Positions 27,868 to 37,057 of a stretch of DNA of 64,000 bases are shown in pieces. The DNA comes from Flavobacteriaceae bacterium. GTDB lineage: Bacteria; Bacteroidota; Bacteroidia; Flavobacteriales; Flavobacteriaceae. Below the pieces are notes generated by a model. The model saw nothing but the letters and a program-made list of their open reading frames with translations. It made no database searches and was not told the DNA's origin. Numbering within the stretch: position 1 is the first letter of the stretch; every line of letters begins with the position of its first letter. The DNA is taken from positions 1,691-65,690 of the forward strand of contig JBMYKI010000002.1 in NCBI GenBank assembly GCA_049595235.1, in the 5' to 3' direction. Both the position numbers and the translations under genes were made by a program.

Positions 27868-29082
27868 ATGCCCGAAATTTCGGTCAAAGGAAGAAACCTT
27901 CCTACCTCACCCATCAGAAAATTATCTGCCTTTGCCGATGCTGCCAAAGCCAAAGGCCGAGAGGTAATACACCTAAATATTGGTCAGCCTGATATTCCCA
28001 CACCACAAATTGCTTTGGATGCGGTTCATAATTTCAGTGAAAATGTTTTGGCCTATGGACCCTCGGAAGGAAGCCTAGCCTACAGAGTCAAAATGACTGA
28101 GTATTTTAGAAGTCACAACATAGAAGTTAACCCCGATGATATATTAGTAACTACAGGTGCGAGTGAGGCTATTATTATGACTCTAGATTGCATCACAAAT
28201 GAGGGAGATGAAATCATCATCCCTGAACCTTTCTACGCCAATTACGATACATTTGCTGCTGCTTGCGGTGTGAAGGTCGTACCCGTACCATCGGGAATAG
28301 ACACAAACTTCGCGCTGCCAAGCATTGACACTATCGAAGCTTTAATCCACGCAAAAACAAGGGCCATTTTTATATGTAACCCTAACAACCCAACGGGCTA
28401 TGTATACACACAAAAAGAGCTGGAAGATTTGGCGAAACTGGTCAAAAAACATGATATTTTTCTCATCGTCGATGAGGTTTACAGAGAGTTCGTGTATGAC
28501 GACGCTACGCACTACTCTGTGTTGTCTATCGGCGGATTGGAAGAACACGCGATTTTGGTAGATTCAATGTCCAAGCGTTACAGCATGTGTGGTGCACGAA
28601 TAGGTTGTTTGGTGTCCAAAAACAAAGCGGTTATGGAAGCTGCACTGAAATTTGCGCAATCGCGCTTGTCACCACCTACCTTGGGTTTGTTAGCGTCTGA
28701 AGCAGCCATGGACACACCTCCTTCTTATTTGGATGAGGTCAAAAAGATTTATCGAGACAGAAGAAACGTACTCATTGAGTCATTACGCGCTGTACCAGGA
28801 ATTGAAGTGAGCCTCCCTTCTGGCGCCTTTTATTGCTTGGTAAAGCTTCCTGTAGAGGACAGCGATGACTTTGCCCAATGGTTGCTAGCGTCTTTTGAAC
28901 ACAACGGTAAAACCCTGATGGTAGCGCCTGCTTCAGGATTCTATGGAAATCGCACGCTAGGTAAGTCTCTCATTCGTATTGCATATGTACTCGAGGCTTC
29001 AAAGCTCAAAGAAAGTGCCCAGCTGTTGGGTATGGCTTTAGCCGCATATCCCAAAACACTACAAACAAGCAATATAAGATGA
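27868..29082 (+). CDS. class I/II PLP-dependent aminotransferase (aspartate aminotransferase-like)
   Basis: 404 aa with a SMSKRYSMCGARIG PLP-lysine region. Confidence 0.85.
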   Translation: MPEISVKGRNLPTSPIRKLSAFADAAKAKGREVIHLNIGQPDIPTPQIALDAVHNFSENVLAYGPSEGSLAYRVKMTEYFRSHNIEVNPDDILVTTGASEAIIMTLDCITNEGDEIIIPEPFYANYDTFAAACGVKVVPVPSGIDTNFALPSIDTIEALIHAKTRAIFICNPNNPTGYVYTQKELEDLAKLVKKHDIFLIVDEVYREFVYDDATHYSVLSIGGLEEHAILVDSMSKRYSMCGARIGCLVSKNKAVMEAALKFAQSRLSPPTLGLLASEAAMDTPPSYLDEVKKIYRDRRNVLIESLRAVPGIEVSLPSGAFYCLVKLPVEDSDDFAQWLLASFEHNGKTLMVAPASGFYGNRTLGKSLIRIAYVLEASKLKESAQLLGMALAAYPKTLQTSNIR

Positions 29083-30089
29083 TTGAAAAGGATGTTTTAC
29101 TAACATCTTTCAACAGCTTTGGCGTGGCTGTCAAAGCCCCTTGGTTTGTAGCAGTCGATTCCGAAAAATCACTTGTTTCTATTTTAAAAGACTCGCGATT
29201 TGAAAACGCATGGGTACTTGGTGGTGGCACCAATACATTGTTTGTGGACCCTCCCAAAAGAGGAATTATCAAAATGAACATATCGGGTATCGAAATTGTG
29301 GAAGAAGATGCACAAACTGCCCTTGTCAAAGTGGGTGCTGGAGTGGATTGGCATCAATTGGTGCTTTGGGCTTTGGAACACAACCTGAGCGGTATTGAAA
29401 ACTTGGCCCTGATTCCTGGCCAAGTAGGTGCGGCTCCTATACAGAACATTGGAGCCTATGGGGTGGAACTCAAAGATGTGTTTCACAGCTGCAGATTTGT
29501 CAATCGTGACAGTCTTGAATTAGAAAGCTATGATGCTGACCAGTGTCAGTTTGGATACAGAGATTCTGTGTTCAAAAATGCCCTGAAAAACAAAGTGGTC
29601 ATTAGCTATGTTTGGTTGCGCTTGGTAAAAAATGGGCATTCCCCCAAAACAGGCTACGGAGCCATTGAATCTCTGTTGGATTCATGGGGATGTAAAAACC
29701 CTTCAGCACATGATGTGGCACGTGCGGTCATTCACATAAGGCAGACCAAACTTCCAGACCCAAAAGAATTGGGCAATGCGGGTAGTTTTTTCAAAAACCC
29801 CATTATAAACATAGACGTGTACAAAAAATTGCTGGACACCTATCCCAATATGCCTTCCTATCCTGCTTCAGAGGGGTTATGTAAAATCCCTGCAGCTTGG
29901 CTTATTGAAAAGGCAGGGTTTAAAGGAAAACGAGAGGGCGATGTGGGGATTCACAAACAACATGCCTTGGTGTTGGTTAACTATGGTGCCGCTACTGGTA
30001 AAAACCTAGTTGAATTCAGCAAAAAAGTGCAAAAAGCAGTAACTAATATGTTTGAAATTCGCTTGGTTCCTGAGGTAAATATCCTTTGA
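29079..30089 (+). CDS. murB: UDP-N-acetylmuramate dehydrogenase
   Basis: FAD-binding domain, then the GNAGSFFKNP and AAWLIE motifs. Confidence 0.9.
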   Translation: MIEKDVLLTSFNSFGVAVKAPWFVAVDSEKSLVSILKDSRFENAWVLGGGTNTLFVDPPKRGIIKMNISGIEIVEEDAQTALVKVGAGVDWHQLVLWALEHNLSGIENLALIPGQVGAAPIQNIGAYGVELKDVFHSCRFVNRDSLELESYDADQCQFGYRDSVFKNALKNKVVISYVWLRLVKNGHSPKTGYGAIESLLDSWGCKNPSAHDVARAVIHIRQTKLPDPKELGNAGSFFKNPIINIDVYKKLLDTYPNMPSYPASEGLCKIPAAWLIEKAGFKGKREGDVGIHKQHALVLVNYGAATGKNLVEFSKKVQKAVTNMFEIRLVPEVNIL

Positions 30090-30094
30090 AAACC

Positions 30095-30102
30095 TATATT
30101 TG
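30095..30102 (+). promoter_or_regulatory. -7 box TATATTTG, 4 nt before the ATG at 30107 (leaderless candidate)
   Basis: Sequence reads TATATTTG-CCAC-ATG. Confidence 0.45.
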
Positions 30103-30106
30103 CCAC

Positions 30107-30316
30107 ATGGAATTATTTCTAATCACCTTTGTTTTAGTCGGCCTTGCTTTTGCAGGAATTGCCATCAAGATATGGGCCAAAAAAGATGGTGAATTTGCGG
30201 GTACTTGCGCCAGTCAGAGTCCTTTTTTGAACAAAGAAGGAGCGCCTTGCAGTCTTTGCGGTAAAATGCCCGAACAACAAACCGACTGCGACTTACCCAA
30301 CCCTCAACACAACTAA
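30107..30316 (+). CDS. 69-aa single-TM, four-Cys membrane protein (NqrM/DUF539-like)
   Basis: MELFLITFVLVGLAFAGIAI TM helix followed by GTCAS...CSLCG...C. ATG at 30107 chosen from the promoter position. Confidence 0.4.
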   Translation: MELFLITFVLVGLAFAGIAIKIWAKKDGEFAGTCASQSPFLNKEGAPCSLCGKMPEQQTDCDLPNPQHN

Positions 30317-30342
30317 AGATAGATTTACTATCTTTAACTTCC

Positions 30343-30906
30343 TTGGACAAAGATCAACAGCAAATCCGTGTACATATTAAAAATGCGCAGGCAGGAGACC
30401 AGCATGCGTTTAGGATTTTATTGGATTTGCACTGGAATGCACTCTTTGGATTTTTGCTTCACAGAGTAGAAAATGAAAACGACGCCGAAGATATTTGTTT
30501 GCAAGCTTTCTCAAAAGCGTTTGACAAAATCGATTCTTTTGACCCTGAATTTCAATTCAATACTTGGTTGACTACCATCGCCAAAAATCTCCACATCGAT
30601 TTGTTGAGAAAACAGCGTACCGAAGCCAAAAACGTGTCCAAAAACGAACAAAAAGCTGCAGAGCGTGTTGCAGACGACACCCTTAGCCCAGAAGACCAAT
30701 TGATTCGGTCTCAAAACCTATCCAAACTATTGGAGCAGATCAAACAGCTTAAACCCCACTACAGAGATGTGATTCAGCTGCGTTATTTTAAGGAGTGTAG
30801 CCACAAAGAAATTGCTGACCAGCTCAACTTATCGATTAGCAATGTCAAAGTACGTCTTTTGCGTGCTAAGAAATTACTTGCAGAGATTATTAATAGCCCC
30901 TTATGA
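30343..30906 (+). CDS. ECF-type RNA polymerase sigma-70 family factor
   Basis: Region 2 (AEDICLQAF, FNTWLTTIAKN) and region 4 (IADQLNLSISNVKVRLLRAKK). TTG is the only start codon available. Confidence 0.85.
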   Translation: MDKDQQQIRVHIKNAQAGDQHAFRILLDLHWNALFGFLLHRVENENDAEDICLQAFSKAFDKIDSFDPEFQFNTWLTTIAKNLHIDLLRKQRTEAKNVSKNEQKAAERVADDTLSPEDQLIRSQNLSKLLEQIKQLKPHYRDVIQLRYFKECSHKEIADQLNLSISNVKVRLLRAKKLLAEIINSPL

Positions 30907-32111
30907 ACATATTGCGAAAATTAGGCCCGGGCATGTTGTTTGCTGGTGCCGCGATCGGAGTGTCTCATTTGGTGCAATCTACTCGAGCAGGTGCAGATTT
31001 CGGCTTGGGTCTGGTTTGGGCTTTGGTGTTCGTAAATCTTTTTAAATATCCCTTTTTTCAATACGGACCGCGCTATGCGATGGCTACAGGCGAAAGTCTT
31101 TTAGATGGTTATCAAAAGCTAGGCAAAGGGGTGTTGATTGCCTATTTTGTCCTAAACCTAGCAACCATGTTCACCATTCAATCGGCTGTGACGATTGTTA
31201 CTGCTGGACTTGCAGCCGCGCTTTTTGGCACAACAACCAATGTCATCTTTTGGTGTTTGGCGCTGACCGTAATATGTAGTTTGATTTTGATTGTGGGTCG
31301 ATATGCCACTTTGGATCGTCTGATGAAAATAATCATAGTTACCTTAAGTATCAGTACGCTATTAGCCGTGATATTGGCCGCACAAAACACCCAAATTCCT
31401 TCTTGGCAACCCACTTTTCCTATCACAGAAGCAGGACTGGCTTTTTTGATTGCGTTTATGGGCTGGATGCCCGCACCCCTAGATATTTCTGTATGGCATT
31501 CGTTGTGGACTTTAGAAAAAAAGAAAAGCATACAAAAATTTGACCTGAAAACCAGCCTATTTGATTTCAATGTAGGTTATGCGACCACATTCTTTTTAGG
31601 TGCCTGTTTTTTAGCCTTGGGTGCTTTGGTAATGTTTGGCAGTGACATCCGTTTTTCCAATAGTGGGAGTGTGTTTGCTGGGCAACTTATTGAACTCTAC
31701 ACAAGTAGTCTAGGTCAGGGAGCTTATTGGGTTATCGGAATTGCAGCATTTACCACCATGTTTAGTACTACCCTTACTTGTCTGGATGCCTCCCCTCGAG
31801 CCATGGCCAAATCCGCTCGACTGATGAAATTGCCCAATCTTATGAATTCCTATGCATTTTGGCTTTCTATTTTAGCAGTAGGCACAAGCTGTGTTTTTTT
31901 GTTTTTTCTCTCTGATATGGGGCTACTGGTTGCCATAGCCACCATCCTTTCTTTTGTCACAGCCCCATTCTATGCCATTGCCAATTTTGTGTTAATCAAG
32001 GGAAAACACACCCCTAAAATACACAGACCTAAAAAGCATCTAACAATACTAAGCTGGACAGGAATTGCTTTTTTGGTCGGATTTAGTCTTTGGTACATCA
32101 GTACTCTTTAA
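30903..32111 (+). CDS. NRAMP-family divalent metal transporter
   Basis: 402-aa polytopic protein with N-terminal GPGMLFAGAAIGVSHLVQSTRAG. ATGA overlap with the sigma factor gene. Confidence 0.75.
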   Translation: MNILRKLGPGMLFAGAAIGVSHLVQSTRAGADFGLGLVWALVFVNLFKYPFFQYGPRYAMATGESLLDGYQKLGKGVLIAYFVLNLATMFTIQSAVTIVTAGLAAALFGTTTNVIFWCLALTVICSLILIVGRYATLDRLMKIIIVTLSISTLLAVILAAQNTQIPSWQPTFPITEAGLAFLIAFMGWMPAPLDISVWHSLWTLEKKKSIQKFDLKTSLFDFNVGYATTFFLGACFLALGALVMFGSDIRFSNSGSVFAGQLIELYTSSLGQGAYWVIGIAAFTTMFSTTLTCLDASPRAMAKSARLMKLPNLMNSYAFWLSILAVGTSCVFLFFLSDMGLLVAIATILSFVTAPFYAIANFVLIKGKHTPKIHRPKKHLTILSWTGIAFLVGFSLWYISTL

Positions 32112-32126
32112 TTTGTGCTTTTAACG

Positions 32127-32134
32127 TATCTTTG
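32127..32134 (+). promoter_or_regulatory. -7 box TATCTTTG for lipA
   Basis: Perfect TAnnTTTG, 17 nt upstream of the ATG at 32152. Confidence 0.4.
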
Positions 32135-32151
32135 TGGAGATAAAATTGCTT

Positions 32152-33030
32152 ATGTCTGTCACAGAAAAGGTTGCGCAACCCAAACCACATAGTCCCAAGC
32201 CTAAATGGCTTCGGGTGAAGTTGCCAACTGGTAAAAAATATACTGAACTCCGTGGGTTGGTGGACAAATACAAACTCCACACCATTTGCACCTCAGGAAG
32301 TTGTCCTAATATGGGTGAGTGTTGGGGCGAAGGAACCGCTACCTTTATGATTTTGGGTAACATTTGCACCCGTTCTTGTGGTTTCTGTGGCGTACAGACT
32401 GGACGGCCCGAAAGTGTAGACTGGGCTGAGCCAGAAAAAGTCGCGCGCTCTATCAAACTCATGAATATCAAGCATGCGGTTCTCACCTCTGTAGACCGTG
32501 ATGACTTACCAGATATGGGCTCCATCATATGGGCCGAAACTGTGCAAGCCGTTCGACGTATCAGTCCAGGAACGACCATGGAAACACTGATTCCTGATTT
32601 TCAAGGAATCGAAAAACATATTGACCGTATCGTCGAAGTAATGCCCGAAGTGGTCTCTCACAACATGGAGACCGTACGCCGCCTCACCCGTGAGGTTCGT
32701 ATTCAGGCCAAATACGATCGAAGCCTAGACGTGTTGCGTTACCTCAAACAAGCAGGTGTACGCCGTACCAAGTCAGGAATCATGCTCGGTCTGGGTGAAA
32801 CCGAAGAGGAAGTGCTACAAACCATGCGTGATTTGCGCGATGCAGACGTGGATATTGTCACAATTGGACAATATTTACAACCTTCTAAAAAACACTTGCC
32901 TGTTAAAGAATTTATCACCCCCGAACAGTTTAAAAAATTCGAGGTTTTCGGCAAAGAAATGGGCTTTCGCCATATAGAAAGTGGACCCCTAGTGCGCTCT
33001 TCTTACAAAGCGCACAAACACATCCAATAA
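32152..33030 (+). CDS. lipA: lipoyl synthase
   Basis: CPNMGECW and CTRSCGFC radical-SAM clusters. Confidence 0.95.
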   Translation: MSVTEKVAQPKPHSPKPKWLRVKLPTGKKYTELRGLVDKYKLHTICTSGSCPNMGECWGEGTATFMILGNICTRSCGFCGVQTGRPESVDWAEPEKVARSIKLMNIKHAVLTSVDRDDLPDMGSIIWAETVQAVRRISPGTTMETLIPDFQGIEKHIDRIVEVMPEVVSHNMETVRRLTREVRIQAKYDRSLDVLRYLKQAGVRRTKSGIMLGLGETEEEVLQTMRDLRDADVDIVTIGQYLQPSKKHLPVKEFITPEQFKKFEVFGKEMGFRHIESGPLVRSSYKAHKHIQ

Positions 33031-33106
33031 TCCTTTTACTGGATTGGTGCTCACACTGCATCCCCAATCAAAATTTTATGGGGTAACATATTTGCAGTAG
33101 AATCGT

Positions 33107-33114
33107 TATATTTG
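33107..33114 (+). promoter_or_regulatory. -7 box TATATTTG for the tlpA-like/tryptophanase pair
   Basis: Perfect TAnnTTTG, 22 nt upstream of the ATG at 33137. Confidence 0.4.
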
Positions 33115-33136
33115 AATAACCCTAAATCTCATTCTC

Positions 33137-33895
33137 ATGAACAAATTCTTATTCCTACTCACTACAATTTGCTTTTCACTTGTTGTATCAGCTCAGGCTG
33201 ATGGTGCTTTGGCAAACCTTACCAAGGCACAACCCGGACAACTGGGCGGACAACTCATGCTTACCCCTGAGGTCAGTTTATATGATGCCGATATGCAGAC
33301 CATCGATATGAATCGCTTTTTTGAATTGTCACAATCTGGCAAATTTATTCCTGAAGCCTACATGGACGATGCAGAAAACCTGAAAGCTTTGGTTTTAAAA
33401 CCCGCTACCAAAGAGGAAATAATGGAGCTGCGAAAAAAAATGGGGCGTGCCAAACCTCTCAAAAAAAATAACAATTTGAATATCGGCAAAGAAGCCCCTG
33501 CCTTTACACTAACCGACTTGGACGGAAAAACCTATTCAAACGAGGATTTAAAAGGCAAGATCGTGGTATTCAATTTCTGGTTTATCAGGTGCAAGCCTTG
33601 CGTGGTTGAGATTCCAGAGCTCAACGAGGTTGTACACAAATACGAAACGCACCAGGACGTAGTATTTATTGCCGTAGCCCTAGACAGCCCTGAAAAAATC
33701 CATACTTTCTTAGAAAAGCATCCTTTTGCATACAATATTGTCCCCAATGGTATGGAAACATCAAGTTCTTTCTGGGTCAGTGCCTATCCAACCCACATAG
33801 TGATTGACCGTGATGGCAAAATTGCCCATCGTACTACAGGACTTAAACCGACTACGATCTCAGACCTAGATGCCAAAATCAAAGCGTTGCTCTAA
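33137..33895 (+). CDS. TlpA/redoxin-family thiol-disulfide oxidoreductase
   Basis: Signal peptide plus a thioredoxin fold with FWFIRCKPC (CxxC). Confidence 0.8.
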   Translation: MNKFLFLLTTICFSLVVSAQADGALANLTKAQPGQLGGQLMLTPEVSLYDADMQTIDMNRFFELSQSGKFIPEAYMDDAENLKALVLKPATKEEIMELRKKMGRAKPLKKNNNLNIGKEAPAFTLTDLDGKTYSNEDLKGKIVVFNFWFIRCKPCVVEIPELNEVVHKYETHQDVVFIAVALDSPEKIHTFLEKHPFAYNIVPNGMETSSSFWVSAYPTHIVIDRDGKIAHRTTGLKPTTISDLDAKIKALL

Positions 33896-33906
33896 ATTGA
33901 TTGTAT

Positions 33907-35298
33907 ATGTCCAACCTGCCTTTTGAACCCTATAAAATCAAAATGGTGGAGCCCATAACCCAGTCCACCAAAAGACAACGCAGGATGTGGATCGGTGCGG
34001 CACACTACAACTTATTTTCGCTTTCAAGCGAACAGGTGATGATTGATATGCTAACGGATTCGGGCACAGGCGCCATGTCGGATCGTCAATGGGGAGCACT
34101 CATGCAAGGGGACGAAAGCTATGCGGGGTCTCGCTCCTTTCTTCAACTCAAACAAGCGGTTGAGAAAATTACTGGTTTTTCACATCTTATTCCTACCCAT
34201 CAGGGTCGTGGTGCAGAGAATGTGTTGTTTTCGGTGTTGGTTCAAAAAGGCGATTGGGTACCAGGAAATGCCCATTTTGACACCACCAAAGGGCATATCG
34301 AATGGCGTAAAGCACAGGCCATTGACTGTACAGTCACGGAAGCCTATGACCCGAGTCAAAAAGTCCCTTTTAAGGGAAATATTGATTTGGAAAAACTGGA
34401 GGCTGCATACCGACAAGCCCAAACACAAAAAAGAAAAATACCACTAGTAATACTCACTTTGACCTGCAATTCGGTAGGTGGACAGCCTGTGTCAATGAGC
34501 AATATTGAGGCGGTTTCAAAATGGTGCCAGTCCAAAGAGATTCTACTGATTTTGGATGCTGCACGATTGGCGGAAAACGCCTATTTCATAAAAACTCGGG
34601 AAGAAGGGTACCAACATAAAACTATCAAAAGCATTGTCAAAAAAATGTGTGGCCATGCGCAGGGCATGACAATGAGTGCCAAAAAAGACGGACTTGTCAA
34701 CATGGGCGGATTTGTAGCCCTCCGTGATGCAAAACTCTACGAAAAATGCAATACCTACACCATCATGTTTGAAGGTTTTTTAACTTACGGTGGACTCTCA
34801 GGTCGTGATATGAGTGCTTTGGCAATAGGGCTAGACGAGGCTACTGAGTGGGACTACCTCAAGCACCGCATTGGTCAGGTAGCCTACTTGGGGCAATGTT
34901 TGGCAGACTATGGGGTCCCAGTACAACAACCTTTTGGAGGTCATGCAGTCTATATTGATGCAGATGATTTCGTGCCCAATATCTCACGAGAAGAATTTCG
35001 TGCCCAAGCCCTAGCTATAGAACTCTATATAGAAGCTGGCATAAGGGGTGTGGAGATAGGAACCTTGCTGGCTGACCGAGATCCTTTGAGTGGTAATAAT
35101 CGCTATCCAAAACGAGAATTTGTACGGCTGGCTATTCCCCGTAGGGTATACACCAAAAGTCATCTTGACTATGTGGCCGAATCGGTAAAAAAAGTCTATG
35201 ACACCCGCAATGATGCACAACGTGGTTATACTATCGACTGGGAGGCGCCCATCATGCGACATTTTACAGTCAAACTCCAAAAAATCAAGAGTCCGTAG
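33907..35298 (+). CDS. tnaA: tryptophanase / tyrosine phenol-lyase family beta-eliminating lyase
   Basis: Collinear with E. coli TnaA from memory (LLTDSGTGAMS, THQGRGAE, SAKKD PLP-lysine, RLAIPRRVYT). Substrate (Trp versus Tyr) cannot be decided by eye. Confidence 0.75.
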   Translation: MSNLPFEPYKIKMVEPITQSTKRQRRMWIGAAHYNLFSLSSEQVMIDMLTDSGTGAMSDRQWGALMQGDESYAGSRSFLQLKQAVEKITGFSHLIPTHQGRGAENVLFSVLVQKGDWVPGNAHFDTTKGHIEWRKAQAIDCTVTEAYDPSQKVPFKGNIDLEKLEAAYRQAQTQKRKIPLVILTLTCNSVGGQPVSMSNIEAVSKWCQSKEILLILDAARLAENAYFIKTREEGYQHKTIKSIVKKMCGHAQGMTMSAKKDGLVNMGGFVALRDAKLYEKCNTYTIMFEGFLTYGGLSGRDMSALAIGLDEATEWDYLKHRIGQVAYLGQCLADYGVPVQQPFGGHAVYIDADDFVPNISREEFRAQALAIELYIEAGIRGVEIGTLLADRDPLSGNNRYPKREFVRLAIPRRVYTKSHLDYVAESVKKVYDTRNDAQRGYTIDWEAPIMRHFTVKLQKIKSP

Positions 35299-35318
35299 AC
35301 AAATTTGTTTGTTATATT

Positions 35319-36035
35319 ATGTGGGCTATGTGTTCCGTCAAAAATACTTTTATGAGTTGGAGTAGCGGCAAAGATGCTGCCTTAGCGCTCTACAAACTCC
35401 AACAATCACCCGAGATTTGCATTCAAAAACTAATGACTACGATCAATAGCCACTACAAACGCGTTAGCATGCACGGGCTACGAGAAAAAATGTTAGAGCT
35501 GCAGTCGTCGGCCTTGGACATCCCGCTCCACAAAGTAGCACTCCCCGAACAGGGAGACATGAAAGCTTATGAAGATGCGATGGAAACTGCGCTTCATCAA
35601 TTAGCCTCTGAAAATATCACACATGGCGCATTTGGCGATATTTTTTTGGAAGACCTAAAAGCCTATCGTATAAAGCAGTTGGAAAACCACAAGCTAGAAG
35701 CGCTTTTCCCTTTGTGGAAACAAGACACCCGAGCCTTGGTTGAGGAATTTATAGCACTCGGATTTGAAGCCATCACAGTGGCTGTAAACGGTGCTGTTTT
35801 GGACAAAAGTTTTGTCGGTCAAAAAGTTGATGAGGCATTTTTGGCTCGCTTACCCAAAGGAGTTGATCCTTGCGGAGAAAATGGGGAGTTCCATTCCTTT
35901 TGTTATAATGGACCCATTTTTAAAAAACACATTCCTTTTCATAAAGGCAGAACCATAGGTCGTAGCTATCCAGACCCCAAAGGTGGGGCAACTATTCCCT
36001 ATTGGTTTTGTGATTTAGTCCCAGACTCAAACTGA
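35319..36035 (+). CDS. Dph6/MJ0570-related ATP pyrophosphatase (adenine nucleotide alpha-hydrolase)
   Basis: SWSSGKDAALAL PP-loop-like motif. The start is uncertain (ATG at 35319, 35328 or 35352). Confidence 0.6.
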   Translation: MWAMCSVKNTFMSWSSGKDAALALYKLQQSPEICIQKLMTTINSHYKRVSMHGLREKMLELQSSALDIPLHKVALPEQGDMKAYEDAMETALHQLASENITHGAFGDIFLEDLKAYRIKQLENHKLEALFPLWKQDTRALVEEFIALGFEAITVAVNGAVLDKSFVGQKVDEAFLARLPKGVDPCGENGEFHSFCYNGPIFKKHIPFHKGRTIGRSYPDPKGGATIPYWFCDLVPDSN

Positions 36036-37024
36036 GATTTGACCAAGTCGTTAAAAGTGGACCCCTCAAACAGAAAGCGTTGCTGTATGGGTAAAAAGTA
36101 GAGCTCTTTGAACCTATGTTGTTTTAGACGCACATAGTCTTTTTCGGTGGTCAATACAGGTAGGTTGTGCCGTGCAATCTTTTTTATGTCGGCAAGACTA
36201 AAATCATGATGATCGGCATAGGCCAAATGTATGTAGCGAGCACCCAAGCGATCAAGATGACCTAGTAGCGAACTAGGATTGGCAATACCTGTCACCAACA
36301 CAAAATCTTTTTTTACAAAATCTGATAGCAACTGTTTTTCTACGCCCATTAGATAATCATCATAAACAATAGAGGCAAAGAAAAGAGCTTGATGGGGCAT
36401 CAACTGAAGCTTATTTTTAAAGAGATCGACATCCTCTTCCGAGAGCGCTGTCGGACACTTGGTCACCACTACGACATCAGCACGGTTTTTCCCTACAACG
36501 GATTCACGCAAATTTCCACTCGGCAACAAACAATCCCGAAACCAAGGTTGGTCGTAAGTCGTGAGCAAGATTCGAAACGAGGGTTCTAGTTTTCGATGTT
36601 GATAGGCATCATCTAACAGAATGCCTTCCAAATCTGGATACAATCGACATAAGGTGCGGATTCCATTGGGTCGATTTTCGTCTACAGCTACCACTAGTTT
36701 GGCATACTTCTTAAACAATTGAAAAGGTTCATCCCCCAACTGTTTTGGGGTAGAATGGGAATTGGCCAACTGAAAACCTGAAGTCTTTCGTTTATAGCCA
36801 CGACTGAGCACTGCAATCTTGTGGTCTTTTTGTAATAATTCGATAAGGTAGGCTGTCATGGGTGTTTTACCAGTGCCTCCAGCGCTAAGGTTCCCCACCA
36901 CTATGGTAGGTATCGAAAAGGATTCACTTTTAAGCCAACCCATTGCGTATGCCGTATTGCGCAAACGGGTAATACCATCATATATCCAGGAGAGCGGAAA
37001 TAAAGCTTTGCGCAGTATGTTCAT
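35999..37024 (-). CDS. lpxK: tetraacyldisaccharide 4'-kinase
   Basis: VVGNLSAGGTGKTP P-loop and LpxK-like length. Confidence 0.9.
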   Translation of the reverse strand: MNILRKALFPLSWIYDGITRLRNTAYAMGWLKSESFSIPTIVVGNLSAGGTGKTPMTAYLIELLQKDHKIAVLSRGYKRKTSGFQLANSHSTPKQLGDEPFQLFKKYAKLVVAVDENRPNGIRTLCRLYPDLEGILLDDAYQHRKLEPSFRILLTTYDQPWFRDCLLPSGNLRESVVGKNRADVVVVTKCPTALSEEDVDLFKNKLQLMPHQALFFASIVYDDYLMGVEKQLLSDFVKKDFVLVTGIANPSSLLGHLDRLGARYIHLAYADHHDFSLADIKKIARHNLPVLTTEKDYVRLKQHRFKELYFLPIQQRFLFEGSTFNDLVKSQFESGTKSQNQ

Positions 37025-37029
37025 GAAAT

Positions 37030-37037
37030 CAAAATTA
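37030..37037 (-). promoter_or_regulatory. -7 box TAATTTTG, 5 nt before the lpxK ATG (leaderless candidate)
   Basis: Minus strand reads TAATTTTG-ATTTC-ATG. Confidence 0.45.
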
Positions 37038-37044
37038 TAACATT

Positions 37045-37052
37045 TATCTTTG
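37045..37052 (+). promoter_or_regulatory. -7 box TATCTTTG, 5 nt before the nif3-like ATG (leaderless candidate)
   Basis: Sequence reads TATCTTTG-AGACC-ATG. Confidence 0.45.
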
Positions 37053-37057
37053 AGACC

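Noticed and set aside
32121-32579. A 152-aa minus-strand ORF overlapping the lipA 5' half.
   Set aside because: It is antisense to the radical-SAM cysteine clusters of LipA.
33060-33085. A hairpin CCCCA-N12-TGGGG after lipA, containing a TCCCCAATCAAAAT string that resembles the gltB-upstream motif.
   Set aside because: It has only a 5-bp stem, a long loop and no U-tract, and the motif resemblance is a single copy. This is insufficient to call a terminator or a regulatory site.
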